A DNA stretch of 61,935 nt from a virus (Duplodnaviria > Caudoviricetes). The stretch lies in IMG/VR virus record IMGVR_UViG_3300021976_000013, positions 1-61,935 of that record. One strand, written 5' to 3'. The position numbers and the translations under genes were made by a program. The first letter of the stretch is position 1. The number at the start of each line of letters is the position of its first letter. Positions 40,143-49,157 of this stretch are shown in pieces. The notes beneath the pieces are model-generated. The model did not search any database. It was not told the DNA's origin and saw only the letters and a list, made by a program, of their open reading frames with translations.

Positions 40143-40706
40143 GTGAGGAAGATCGCATCCATCACAGCCGCGTTGATCGTCGCGTTCTCGACGATCTTCC
40201 TGGCTCTACCGGCCGGGGCTGACGTCATTCAGACGTTCCCGACGACCGGCACAGTCAAGATCGTTGAGCTGGGCACCGACGCCATGGGCGCGGACACGTT
40301 CCTGAATCGGAACCGTGAGTTCATCGATCTTCAGAACACATCGCCCACCGAGGACGTCAACATCACTGGCTGGCGCACCGAGGACGCATGGGCTTTCGGT
40401 GACAACTCACTGTCAAGCTGCAACACGTTCAAGTTCTCGACAGCCAACACGAATGGGCTCGCGGTCGGTAGTGACGTGATCCTTCCGGCCGGTCACACGG
40501 TCCGGGTGTACACCGGTAGCGGCGTGCCGAGCACGTCGGGCACCTTCCACCGATCGTTCCAGAACAGCCCGGATCACTGCGGCGCTCATGGTCACTACTG
40601 GACCAACAACGCGGATGACGCCTACCTTCGGGACAACACCCCTGATCACAACGTGGTCGCGCACGTCCGTTACAACCGGCTCGGTGGATACGAAGTGGAG
40701 TACTGA
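40143..40706 (+). CDS. secreted lamin-tail-domain protein
   Basis: Signal peptide AGA|D; EFI.L.N....VNITGW..ED, LPAG.TVRVYTGSG, W.N..D.A.L.D. Confidence 0.8.
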   Translation: MRKIASITAALIVAFSTIFLALPAGADVIQTFPTTGTVKIVELGTDAMGADTFLNRNREFIDLQNTSPTEDVNITGWRTEDAWAFGDNSLSSCNTFKFSTANTNGLAVGSDVILPAGHTVRVYTGSGVPSTSGTFHRSFQNSPDHCGAHGHYWTNNADDAYLRDNTPDHNVVAHVRYNRLGGYEVEY

Positions 40707-40951
40707 TCATGGGCATCGCGTCGCTGATCGCTCTGATTCTGTTCATCGTCGCGGCCATCCTTGCGGGTATGCAGCGAGCATGGGTTCTCTGTTTCATCGC
40801 GGGCGGGCTCGCGGTCCTGCTTGTCCCCGCTGTGCTTGGTCTGCTTAACTGACCAGCGGGTAGGGGAGTGCAGACAGTTCGGGATCTGTCCGGCACAGGT
40901 ACGGCCGCTCACGGGGGCTAGCGCACCGGGGGCGGCCGTATCCTTGTCTGT

Positions 40952-41767
40952 ATGTCACATCCATACCCCCATGCTCTGGGTCGGCGTGTCGAGCACGACC
41001 CACGATCCCTCTCGTTCGCGGTCGGCGTGCTGCCGAGATCCGCGATCCAATCTGTCTGGTGGACGCGACGGATCCCGATTCTCGATCAAGGTAATCTCGG
41101 CTCGTGCGTAGGCAACGCGATCACCGGCATTCTCGGCACCGACGCGGCTGGTCGAACCGGGTACACCAACGTGACGATCACGCAAGAGTTCTCGATCAAG
41201 ACGAACGGGATCTTCGTCGCCGGTACGTACAAGATCGATGAGCAGTTCGCGATCAAGCTCTACAGCCTGGCTACGGCCGTCGATGAATTCGCCGGTGCTT
41301 ATCCTCCGACCGATACCGGATCAAGCGGCGTAGGCGGTTCCAAGGCTCTTCAGACCCTAGGTCTGTGCCCGACGTATCAGTGGGCGTTCAGCATGGCCGC
41401 TCTACAGTCGGCGCTCATGCTCGGGCCGGTTGCGATCGGGATCCCGTGGTACGAATCGATGTTCTCTCCGTCGGCCGACGGGCGAGTGCGGATAGATCGT
41501 TCCTCTCCTCCCGTCGGCGGCCACGAGCTGGAGATCACCAAAATGGATCTCACGGCTGATCAGTATTGGTTCGCCAATTCATGGGGCGAGTCGTGGGGAA
41601 GATCAGGATGGGGCTACTTCACGTACACGGATCTTTCCACCCTGCTCGCGGAAGAGGGCGACGTCGTCTCTCCGAAGATCGTTACTCCCGCTCCAGTGCC
41701 AGCGGTCACTGATGCGCAGCTCTGGAATACGGCCAAGCTCTGGGCAGCAGGGAAGGGGCTCACGTGA
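40952..41767 (+). CDS. papain-like (C1) cysteine peptidase
   Basis: DQG..GSC.G, GGH and NSWG..WG..G catalytic motifs. Confidence 0.88.
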   Translation: MSHPYPHALGRRVEHDPRSLSFAVGVLPRSAIQSVWWTRRIPILDQGNLGSCVGNAITGILGTDAAGRTGYTNVTITQEFSIKTNGIFVAGTYKIDEQFAIKLYSLATAVDEFAGAYPPTDTGSSGVGGSKALQTLGLCPTYQWAFSMAALQSALMLGPVAIGIPWYESMFSPSADGRVRIDRSSPPVGGHELEITKMDLTADQYWFANSWGESWGRSGWGYFTYTDLSTLLAEEGDVVSPKIVTPAPVPAVTDAQLWNTAKLWAAGKGLT

Positions 41768-42132
41768 CACACCACATCACCGACCGACGGCTAGAGCTGG
41801 CAGGCATCGTCCATCGGGCGTTGCTGCGCGCGGCGCTCGGCGAGTCGTACACGTACGAGATCATCCCCATGGTCCTGCCGAATCAGGCGGGTGGCGTAGC
41901 CGAGATCGGTTACGTGCTAGCCATCGCGACGAAGTCACCCTTGATCGGGCAGGGCTACATCACGATCATCAGTCAGCCGTTCACCTGGATGGCCGGTGAG
42001 GATCTCGTCACGAACATGATCTCGATCATGCTCACCGAAATCCGCTCGCACGTGAGCAAGATTCTCTCAGAAGCCAACGGCAAGCCAGCTTCCCCGCTGA
42101 TTCCTAGATCACCCGGAAATCCGAGGGGCTGA
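41764..42132 (+). CDS. hypothetical protein
   Basis: GTGA coupling; last gene of the operon. Confidence 0.6.
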   Translation: MTHHITDRRLELAGIVHRALLRAALGESYTYEIIPMVLPNQAGGVAEIGYVLAIATKSPLIGQGYITIISQPFTWMAGEDLVTNMISIMLTEIRSHVSKILSEANGKPASPLIPRSPGNPRG

Positions 42133-42133
42133 G

Positions 42134-42245
42134 AGGGGTCGCCAAGGCTCTATCTCGAAAGGGTTGATAGGGATGGGTGCAGACGGGGGGTAAGGCCGGG
42201 AGCGTGGCTCTCAGGGCCGTCCAGGGGCATCAGGGGTCCGACCCT
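42134..42245 (+). repeat. dispersed ~100-bp element, copy D
   Basis: AGGGGTCGCCAAGGCTCTATCTCGA.AGGGTTGATAG...AGCGTGGCTCTCAGGGCCGTCCAGGGGCAT..GGGGTCCGACCCT. Confidence 0.85.
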
Positions 42246-42290
42246 CCCGTGCGTATCCGAGGGTGAATCAGACAAAACGGATTTGGACAC

Positions 42291-42329
42291 AAAAATGCCC
42301 CGTTCCTCCGAAGAGGGACGGGGCATCTT
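42291..42329 (-). terminator. intrinsic terminator at a convergent junction
   Basis: ATGCCCCGTTCCTC-CGAA-GAGGGACGGGGCAT with an adjacent A-run. Confidence 0.8.
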
Positions 42330-42334
42330 CATGA

Positions 42335-42697
42335 TCAGTCCTTGGCGCATGCGGTCCAGCGGGCACCGGGATTGCAGTCGGTGAATCGATCTTCGTCATA
42401 CGCGAAGAACGTCTGTTGCCAGCAACCACCGTTCGGGTAGTTCTTGATCGCTACCCACCGGAGAATGGCGATCATGTCTTGTCCGTTGTGCTGCACCACG
42501 AACTGATCTTCCACAGTTCCTTGGTTGGCTGGACAGCCCGGCAGGCTGAAAGCCGTCTCGGACGGCTTGGCCGGTCGGCCGGTGCTCTTGTGCTTGCTCG
42601 GCTGATTGGTCGGCGTGGCCTGCTCGGCGCATGCGCTGGCGAACGCGATCGGTGGGAGCAGGGCGAGGGAGAGGGAGAGAACGATCTTTGTGATCAT
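42335..42697 (-). CDS. putative lipoprotein / secreted protein
   Basis: Signal peptide ending ASAC; four Cys in the mature part. Confidence 0.6.
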   Translation of the reverse strand: MITKIVLSLSLALLPPIAFASACAEQATPTNQPSKHKSTGRPAKPSETAFSLPGCPANQGTVEDQFVVQHNGQDMIAILRWVAIKNYPNGGCWQQTFFAYDEDRFTDCNPGARWTACAKD

Positions 42698-42912
42698 CTG
42701 TGGATCCCGTTCCAGAACGTGATCAGGGGGTCGGCGAACGCATCCCATCCTTGGGAGCAGACGAAGATCCCCGCGAAGATCAGCAGGGCAAGCAGGAAAA
42801 GAATGATCTTACCGATCACGGTCCCACCTTTCCAGGAAGCCTAGGAAGATCAGGTAGAGCACGATCGTGCCGATGATCGCGGCTACCCACAGAACGTCAG
42901 ACATGATCACTC

Positions 42913-43209
42913 CTATCCGAAGCAATCGCAGTCGTCCGCGTGGCCGGGCTGTTCGGTCGAGCCGTTGATCAGCGAGTCCACGAACGCGAATGCGTTCTCG
43001 GGAGAGTCGTCGTCCGGCCAACACTCGGGAGCCTGGTTAAGGATCTTCTGGAGCGCGTCGTCGTGCCGAGCCTGAAGATCGCTCAGGAGGTCGTACTTGA
43101 TCGCGAGGGTGTTGAGCCGGAACTGAAGATCGAGATTCTCGCTGGCAAGCTCTCGGATCTTGTCGGCAGCGAGAGTCTTGTAAGCCACGTAATCACTGTC
43201 AGAGATCAT
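42913..43209 (-). CDS. hypothetical coiled-coil protein
   Basis: ORF in the leftward operon. Confidence 0.55.
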   Translation of the reverse strand: MISDSDYVAYKTLAADKIRELASENLDLQFRLNTLAIKYDLLSDLQARHDDALQKILNQAPECWPDDDSPENAFAFVDSLINGSTEQPGHADDCDCFG

Positions 43210-43281
43210 GGGGTGTGAGCCTTCCCGACTGCCCCTGACGATCAGGGGCAGTCTGTTGGTTGACGCTTATGTGTCAGTAGG

Positions 43282-43629
43282 TCATGAAGCTTTTTTGATC
43301 TTCCGGTGCCGCTCGATGCGCTCGCGGCGGTTCTCTTCTTTGGTATCCGGCTGGATACATGCCGGGTTGAGGCAGATCGATATCCCACAGCGGTGGGACC
43401 ATTCGCAGCCCTCCGGAAGCGGGCCGTGGAAAGCCTCGCCGACGACCACATGGCCGCGACGGGTGCGCTTGATCTCTTCGACCCATACCGACGGGTAGCC
43501 AGGGTTGCACTGGTTTTGCTTACCGCCACCCCGTGACGTGCCACCTGTCCAGATCCAACAGCCGTCCGGGTTGATCACGCACTTCGCGAAGATCTTTCGC
43601 ATGGTCGGACCTTCGGTTGAGATGATCAT
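43282..43629 (-). CDS. HNH (His-Cys box-like) endonuclease
   Basis: GCWIWTG, GYP, H....E...GP.P.G...H.C....C.NP...T..EN. Confidence 0.8.
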   Translation of the reverse strand: MIISTEGPTMRKIFAKCVINPDGCWIWTGGTSRGGGKQNQCNPGYPSVWVEEIKRTRRGHVVVGEAFHGPLPEGCEWSHRCGISICLNPACIQPDTKEENRRERIERHRKIKKAS

Positions 43630-44018
43630 CACTCGTCCCTGTCGTTGATCCCGTTGGCGTTGTTGTCGGTGACTCCGAACCATGCCAGCGGCGGACCGTC
43701 AGAGCATGGCCCCAGGTCTTCCCACGGGCACGCTGGCGGCCGTTCGGCCGGTGCTTGGTGTCCGAGTAGCCGCTTGAGAACGTGGTCCGTCTTGGGCGTA
43801 CTCAGGGCTTCGGACGCGGCACGGCCGACCTTGGAACCGGCCTTGCCTGCCTCGCGACCGATCGTCTGGTGACCCTCTACCAGAGTGCCGAGATCGTTCG
43901 AGGTCTTGCAGCCTGCGATGAACGCGCCGACGATCAGCATGACCACCGAGAGCCGCTTGAGCTTGCGAGTGATCTTGACCCGGTGGGACTTCGTGATCTT
44001 GGGGAGCTTGATCTTCAT
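43629..44018 (-). CDS. putative lipoprotein
   Basis: Basic N-terminus, hydrophobic core, IAGC lipobox. Confidence 0.6.
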   Translation of the reverse strand: MKIKLPKITKSHRVKITRKLKRLSVVMLIVGAFIAGCKTSNDLGTLVEGHQTIGREAGKAGSKVGRAASEALSTPKTDHVLKRLLGHQAPAERPPACPWEDLGPCSDGPPLAWFGVTDNNANGINDRDE

Positions 44019-44020
44019 GA

Positions 44021-44281
44021 TCAGTTCCACCCCTCGAATCGGAAGCCAAGGTAACCGTTCGCGCGGGTCATCTGCTTGCAGTCGTCGCACGTGAAGATCC
44101 GGAGTTCGGAGCCGGGCCGACCGGTGAAGACCTGCCGACCGAAGCACACAGGGTTGCCACACCTAGCGCTGGCGGTGGCCACGTAGGGAGTCAGCGAGAG
44201 CACGGGGGAGTGCGGGATGCTGGTCGGCGCGTCGGGAAGGTCGGCCGAGTAGCCGTCATGTCCTTGCGGGTGTACATCCAT
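44021..44281 (-). CDS. small Zn-ribbon protein
   Basis: C....C and C..C motifs; RBS GGAG. Confidence 0.55.
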   Translation of the reverse strand: MDVHPQGHDGYSADLPDAPTSIPHSPVLSLTPYVATASARCGNPVCFGRQVFTGRPGSELRIFTCDDCKQMTRANGYLGFRFEGWN

Positions 44282-44307
44282 TCTTGATCTCCAGTTCTGG
44301 GAGTCTT

Positions 44308-44624
44308 GATCAATTGGACGTTAGTAGGGGCACCCTCGCGGGTGCCCGATGATCACTTTCCCTTACGCTCGCGGCGCTTCTGTTCTCTTTCTGCGGCAGC
44401 AGCTCCCCAACGACCGCTACGAAGATCACTTATGCGATCTTGCATTCTCTGGTGATCTCGTCTGAGTTCGGCATCCCAACGGAAGAACATGGTGGCGATG
44501 GCGATGAACGGAACGGAGACGGCGATCAAGACGGAGATAAAAACGATGGTGTCCGACATGCTGTGATCCTTTCTGTCGGCTGTAGATCAATTGGACGTTA
44601 GTAGGGGCACCCTCGCGGGTGCCC
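44308..44624. repeat. identical 40-bp direct repeats (44308-44347, 44585-44624) flanking one gene
   Basis: GATCAATTGGACGTTAGTAGGGGCACCCTCGCGGGTGCCC twice. Confidence 0.95.
44353..44559 (-). CDS. small membrane protein
   Basis: N-terminal TM; RBS AAAGGA. Confidence 0.65.
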   Translation of the reverse strand: MSDTIVFISVLIAVSVPFIAIATMFFRWDAELRRDHQRMQDRISDLRSGRWGAAAAEREQKRRERKGK

Positions 44625-44640
44625 CTTTGTCGGCCGTAGA

Positions 44641-45303
44641 TCACTTCAAGGTGATCTTGGGGGCCTTGGCGTAGGTCCATCCGTACTTGTTCGCGCACCA
44701 CTTGCCGAACCCGTTGAAGATCGAGTTCTCATCGGTCAGCGTCTTCGCGCATGCACAGCAGGTGCCGTACAGACAACCGAAAGCCTTGGCTTGCTCAGTG
44801 GTCATCTTGTGCTCGGGACGAAGCCGGGCGACGATGCCGGGAGCGTAGTCGAAATGTGCTTCGGCCGGACGGACGACCTTGCCGTCCTCGAAGATCGCCG
44901 GGACGTCGGTGACCAGGACCTTGGCGTACATCTTGCCGGATCCGTGGACGGCTTTCTGAACCTTGTAGATCTTCATCTCCGGGCCGTTGTCGAGACTGAC
45001 CATGTACATACCAGCCTCAAGATCGGCAGCGGGCGCGGGAGTGGCCGGGTTGCTCGGGAGATTGACCTTGGGCGTGTCGAGCAGGAGCTTGATCATGCGA
45101 CTGGCGTCACGCTTGCTCAGCGTGCTGATCTCGACGACGCTGCCGGACGTGGGGTCTTCCATCTTGTTCCATGCCAGGTCAAGCATCTTCCATCCGCGCT
45201 CGGTGCAGAGCTTGACGATGAAGTTGATCTGCTTGTCGCTGGCGTCCATCGTGTTCGGGCCGAAGGGGTCACTCTCGCGAAGCTGGCGGGTGGCAGTCCT
45301 CAT
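44641..45303 (-). CDS. DUF6011-like Zn-finger protein
   Basis: AS.KQ..FI; A..FG....C..C...LTD..S...G.G..CA. Confidence 0.75.
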   Translation of the reverse strand: MRTATRQLRESDPFGPNTMDASDKQINFIVKLCTERGWKMLDLAWNKMEDPTSGSVVEISTLSKRDASRMIKLLLDTPKVNLPSNPATPAPAADLEAGMYMVSLDNGPEMKIYKVQKAVHGSGKMYAKVLVTDVPAIFEDGKVVRPAEAHFDYAPGIVARLRPEHKMTTEQAKAFGCLYGTCCACAKTLTDENSIFNGFGKWCANKYGWTYAKAPKITLK

Positions 45304-45369
45304 GATCTTGTCCCTTTCTGGGAATTTTTGGCCGACCGACCGGGGGCAGATCCCCCGGTCGGCTGAAGC

Positions 45370-45552
45370 TTAAGAGTCAGAGACGGGCGGGTTGATGATC
45401 AGGTTGAATTCTTGATCACGCTCGGCGTCGATCGTGTCGAGGTAGAGATCGTGCTCACAGCGTGCGGTGCACTTGGTGCACCACTGTGTGATCAACACGT
45501 CCCCGTAGTCGGGCAGGTCTTTGATCAGCTCACGAAGCTCGCCGATCTTCAT
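45370..45552 (-). CDS. hypothetical protein
   Basis: MKIGELRE.I.DLP start after an RBS. Confidence 0.6.
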   Translation of the reverse strand: MKIGELRELIKDLPDYGDVLITQWCTKCTARCEHDLYLDTIDAERDQEFNLIINPPVSDS

Positions 45553-45556
45553 GTGA

Positions 45557-45709
45557 TCACCTTCCGTCGCAGCCGTGGCAAGCACAGCTTGTGCAGTTCT
45601 CGCAGTGCTCGCTGAACGGGAAGGTGCATCCCTCGCAGCAGTCACAGAGGAAAGGACCTTGGCCACAGTGCTCGCAGACGGTCCCGATGATGTTCACGCG
45701 CTCTTTCAT
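45557..45709 (-). CDS. 50-aa Cys-rich, metallothionein-like peptide (below the ORF-track cutoff)
   Basis: MKERVNIIGTVCEHCGQGPFLCDCCEGCTFPFSEHCENCTSCACHGCDGR; RBS GGAAGAG. Confidence 0.65.
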   Translation of the reverse strand: MKERVNIIGTVCEHCGQGPFLCDCCEGCTFPFSEHCENCTSCACHGCDGR

Positions 45710-45762
45710 GATCTCTTCCGATCGTTAGTGAGCCGGGAGCCAAACGCTCCCGGCTGATCTTG

Positions 45763-45969
45763 CTAGTTCTTGATCGAGTAGTAGGACTGCTGATCTTCGT
45801 CATTGAAGATCCGCTCGACGAGCCCTTTGCGAAGCAGGGCTTCGGCCGGGCCGATCTTGAATCCGGGGAGCGCGGTCCGAGCGAAGGCGAGGTTGCCACC
45901 GGGGAACGGCTTGCCGTAGCTCCGGAGAGCCTCAAGGCATTTGGTCTGTGCGGGAGTCAGTTCGACCAT
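45763..45969 (-). CDS. small wHTH-like protein
   Basis: LT.AQ..L..L...AL..KGLV. Confidence 0.55.
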   Translation of the reverse strand: MVELTPAQTKCLEALRSYGKPFPGGNLAFARTALPGFKIGPAEALLRKGLVERIFNDEDQQSYYSIKN

Positions 45970-46008
45970 GGTGATCACTCTCTCTGTTTGGATCTTTAGG
46001 GTCTTTCT

Positions 46009-46135
46009 GGTCGAGCAATTCAGTTAGCCCTGAAAGGGGATCCTTATCGAGTATCCGAGCGGGAGGATCATTCCCGGCTTTCGCTCCGCGTGGCCGGGTG
46101 ATCCGGCCCTTCGGGGCTACTAGCTGTTCTCTTGT
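46009..46135 (-). ncRNA. structured leader RNA, copy 1
   Basis: Follows promoter TTGACA-17-TAGATT; homologous to 47097-47227 with a compensatory change. Confidence 0.7.
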
Positions 46136-46253
46136 AAGACCCAATCTAGTCAGAGCTTGCCAAGGTGTCAAGGAGATATGTCCGGTTCAAAAGTCACGGT
46201 CATGTAACGCTTTTAGGGTGAAGCTGGGGAGTCCCGAAGGACTCCCCACAAGA

Positions 46254-47042
46254 TCACACTTCCTCGAAGCTCTTGTCGCATGCTCCGCAAGTAACTTCGG
46301 CCGTCTCGAATGCGGTCCGGCTCATGCGCAAGATCCGAGGCTTGTCGCAGCCGCAGACGGCTTTGATGTTGTTCCGGCTCACGGTGGTCGTGGGGGTCTT
46401 GGCGCGCGGGATCCGGATCGTCGTCCCACCGGTGGTCGTTCCGCCGGTCGTACTGGAGTCTCCGAAGCCGGGGAGGTAGGTCTTGATCGCGGCGTCAAGA
46501 GCCTTGATCTCTGCGGCGTACCGAGCCTTGCCAGCTTCGGTGAAGGTGACCGCGCTGAAACCGTGCGTCGTGTCGGGGTCGAGCACTTCCTTGCCCTTGG
46601 CGTTGACCTTGGTGTGCTGGTAGTCAAGGCCAAGCTCGCGGCAGATCTCGACGAAGATCATGTTGTGGTAGCGGTTGCCCCTGCTCGTGTCCTGCTCTTC
46701 GCGGACAGCGGCGATTGCGTGCGCGGCTTCGTGCAGGAGGCTCTGCATGGTCAGCTCAGCGCCACATGCGAGACGCTCACCGGAGATGAACAGCTCGGCT
46801 CGCTTGCTCTTGTCGTTCTTGTCTTCCCAACGCTCGCGCCAGAAGTGCGCCCACTTCGCGCCCATCAGGTCGAGCCCGGATCCGGTGATCATAAGGACTT
46901 CGGGAACGTCCAGGTTCTTTGCGATGATCGCTTTCCAAGCGGCTTCCAGAGCCTTGATCAGTTCCGATCCGGTCTGCGGGCGGGTCTTACGAACGCGCGG
47001 CTTGCGGGTGGCGGGCTTGCGGGCGGTAGTAGCAGTAGCCAT
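46254..47042 (-). CDS. SprT-like Zn metalloprotease with C-terminal Zn ribbon
   Basis: LLHEAAH, YH...F and C.C...C..C motifs. Confidence 0.8.
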   Translation of the reverse strand: MATATTARKPATRKPRVRKTRPQTGSELIKALEAAWKAIIAKNLDVPEVLMITGSGLDLMGAKWAHFWRERWEDKNDKSKRAELFISGERLACGAELTMQSLLHEAAHAIAAVREEQDTSRGNRYHNMIFVEICRELGLDYQHTKVNAKGKEVLDPDTTHGFSAVTFTEAGKARYAAEIKALDAAIKTYLPGFGDSSTTGGTTTGGTTIRIPRAKTPTTTVSRNNIKAVCGCDKPRILRMSRTAFETAEVTCGACDKSFEEV

Positions 47043-47096
47043 GATCAGTCCCTTTCTGGGATCTTGCTCGGGTCAGTCTGTCGGTTGATCTTTAGT

Positions 47097-47227
47097 GGTC
47101 GAGCGATTCAGTTAGCCCTGAAGAAGGGGTTCCTTGTCCTTGAATCCGAGAGGGAGGAACGGTCCCCGCTTTGGCTCTGCGCGACCGGGTGATCCGGCCC
47201 TTCGGAGCTACTCACTTGTTCTCTTGT
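47097..47227 (-). ncRNA. structured leader RNA, copy 2
   Basis: Homologous to 46009-46135; operators at 47248 and 47281 upstream. Confidence 0.7.
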
Positions 47228-47337
47228 CTCTTAAGAGTCGCTCATAGCTTGACCCATGGACAATAGCGCCAAGGCTATAGCTTGCTTACCTGTCAAAGTT
47301 CCCTGATCAGGGCATGCGAAGAGCCGCACAGCGACAA

Positions 47338-47445
47338 TGCCCCTGTACGGCTCTGTAGTCCACGCTAAGGGGTTCTACCCCTAGTCAGGTATACCCGGAC
47401 CAGTCTTCGACGATCAAGGTGTCCGAGTCTTTGACCTGCGGAAAC
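47338..47445 (-). repeat. dispersed ~100-bp element, copy E
   Basis: Reverse complement matches 52868-52975. Confidence 0.85.
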
Positions 47446-47454
47446 GTCCGGTTC

Positions 47455-48057
47455 CTAGATCTCTCGTCGGCCGAGCGGACCCATGCCATCAAGTCGGCCG
47501 GACCAGCGGTAGAACGATGATCCTTCATGCGGGTCCGAGCTTCCGCGCCATTCGATGTTGGTCCGATTGATCATTCCGACTCCGAACAGTTCCGTGTGCT
47601 GGTAGCCACCCCGGAACATGACCTTCTGCCGGTGAAGATCGTTGATCTCGACGGCACCCGGACCGACGGCGATGATCTCCACTCGCCACGATGCTTGACC
47701 GGGGATCTTGGCGTACATGCCAGCATGATCGGGAACGTATTGCGGCTTGATCTTGTGTTGACAGATCTTGCATCGGTACGTGATCTTCTGGCGGTCCCAC
47801 GGTCCGTCGTCCGGATCGTTCTCGTGAATGATCTTGACGTGCTTGTCGAGCGTCGGCAGCGTGTATTGATCATCTCCGAACGGGTCGTAGCCGAACGCGT
47901 GGAAGTGGCCGGAAGGATCTACGGCCGACCAGTCGGGATCCGGCTTGACTGAACCCATGCTCGGGACGTCGATCATCGGCTGTTCGTAGATCATGGTGAC
48001 GTCGGTCATAAGATCTTTCTCATTGATCAGCGCGTAGTCCATCGAAGCGACTTGCAT
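47455..48057 (-). CDS. hypothetical protein
   Basis: ORF with CxxC and D..GH.H. Confidence 0.6.
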   Translation of the reverse strand: MQVASMDYALINEKDLMTDVTMIYEQPMIDVPSMGSVKPDPDWSAVDPSGHFHAFGYDPFGDDQYTLPTLDKHVKIIHENDPDDGPWDRQKITYRCKICQHKIKPQYVPDHAGMYAKIPGQASWRVEIIAVGPGAVEINDLHRQKVMFRGGYQHTELFGVGMINRTNIEWRGSSDPHEGSSFYRWSGRLDGMGPLGRREI

Positions 48058-48059
48058 GA

Positions 48060-48728
48060 TCAGAATCCTCTCGCGAATTGGATGATCTGGTAAGCCAGCG
48101 TGACCAAGATCCCGATCACGACGGCTACGAAAAAGATCTTCTCTCCTGTCTTGCCGGTGGTGAAGAGATCGAGCGTGTACCGGCGCTTGGACAGTGGCCA
48201 GAAGATCGGGCACCCTCGATCGGTGAGGCAGTCACCGGCGATGTGCACGAACGCGCCAAGCATGAGTGCGGCTGGCACGATCCGGAGATCGATATCCGTG
48301 AGCCACACCACCAAGATCACTATGACTGCGGCGGCTATGTCGTCGATCCATCCGGGGATCTTGGCGAGTCGGACCACTGCGGCCACCGAGAGGACCATGA
48401 GCCAGCACAACGCGATCAAGCCAGCGGGTGAATGCCGGTAGATCAAGGCCATTTGCGCGCCGATGCCGAGCACGACCACGAACAAGATCGAATGTGTGCC
48501 ATGCCGGTGCGGGCCGAACACGAAAATGATCAATCTGCTGGATACCCACGAGAGCGGTCCGAGTGATCGCGTCATCGTCGCCTTGTGATGATCAAGGTCG
48601 TTGATCATCGCTGCCCCGGTAGTGATCAGTAGGCCGACCAGAACGCTGGTCATGCCAAGATCCCAAAGCAACGTGGCACCCCCGAATGCGAGGGTGCCAG
48701 TAGCCGCGTGCGTTCGACCAAGAGCCAC
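48060..48728 (-). CDS. membrane-bound metal-dependent hydrolase (YdjM-like)
   Basis: TH, D.DH, HR..THS and H..GD.LT..G.P.FWP motifs; multiple TMs. Confidence 0.85.
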   Translation of the reverse strand: MALGRTHAATGTLAFGGATLLWDLGMTSVLVGLLITTGAAMINDLDHHKATMTRSLGPLSWVSSRLIIFVFGPHRHGTHSILFVVVLGIGAQMALIYRHSPAGLIALCWLMVLSVAAVVRLAKIPGWIDDIAAAVIVILVVWLTDIDLRIVPAALMLGAFVHIAGDCLTDRGCPIFWPLSKRRYTLDLFTTGKTGEKIFFVAVVIGILVTLAYQIIQFARGF

Positions 48729-49157
48729 TTACGTGGTCTTCAGGATCGTTGGGCCTTCAGAAGCCGGGTTGTGCTCCAGATCCGGGTACGCGCCCGAATC
48801 GAACGAGTCTACGAAGCGCACCACGCTGCGCGGGTAGTCTATGATCACTCCGGCACCGTGGTAGTCGAGATCCAGCCACGCATGACCGGCGAGCACGGTC
48901 CAGTCGGCACCGAGGATGGATCTTGCGAGCCGGGCGATCGGGCACTCTGCGGAGCTGCCCACAAGCCCCTTGATTCCCCTCGCTGCGAGACACCCGGCGA
49001 CGATGTCAGCCGTTTCACCGAGTGAGCCGAGCACTTCGCGAAGGGTCTGGAGCTGGGCGGTCTGAACGTCGGTGAGCATGGTGATACTCCTGTCCGGGAT
49101 GTGGATCATTGCGGGTGGGTTGAATCTTGGGCCGACACGGAGTGGTGTGATCTTCAT
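48729..49157 (-). CDS. hypothetical protein
   Basis: L...GI.G.....CPIA...FV..FD.G.YP.L motif. Confidence 0.65.
   Translation of the reverse strand: MKITPLRVGPRFNPPAMIHIPDRSITMLTDVQTAQLQTLREVLGSLGETADIVAGCLAARGIKGLVGSSAECPIARLARSILGADWTVLAGHAWLDLDYHGAGVIIDYPRSVVRFVDSFDSGAYPDLEHNPASEGPTILKTT

Noticed and set aside
44308-44624. CRISPR-like repeat-spacer unit
   Set aside because: Only two repeats, separated by 237 bp that contains a gene, and no cas operon. The 24420 nuclease is a phage recombination exonuclease.
46009-46135. HDV/theta-type ribozyme suggested by GGCUAA and UCCUC
   Set aside because: I could not assign the nested double-pseudoknot pairings; GGGCUA instead pairs with the 5' UAGCCC.
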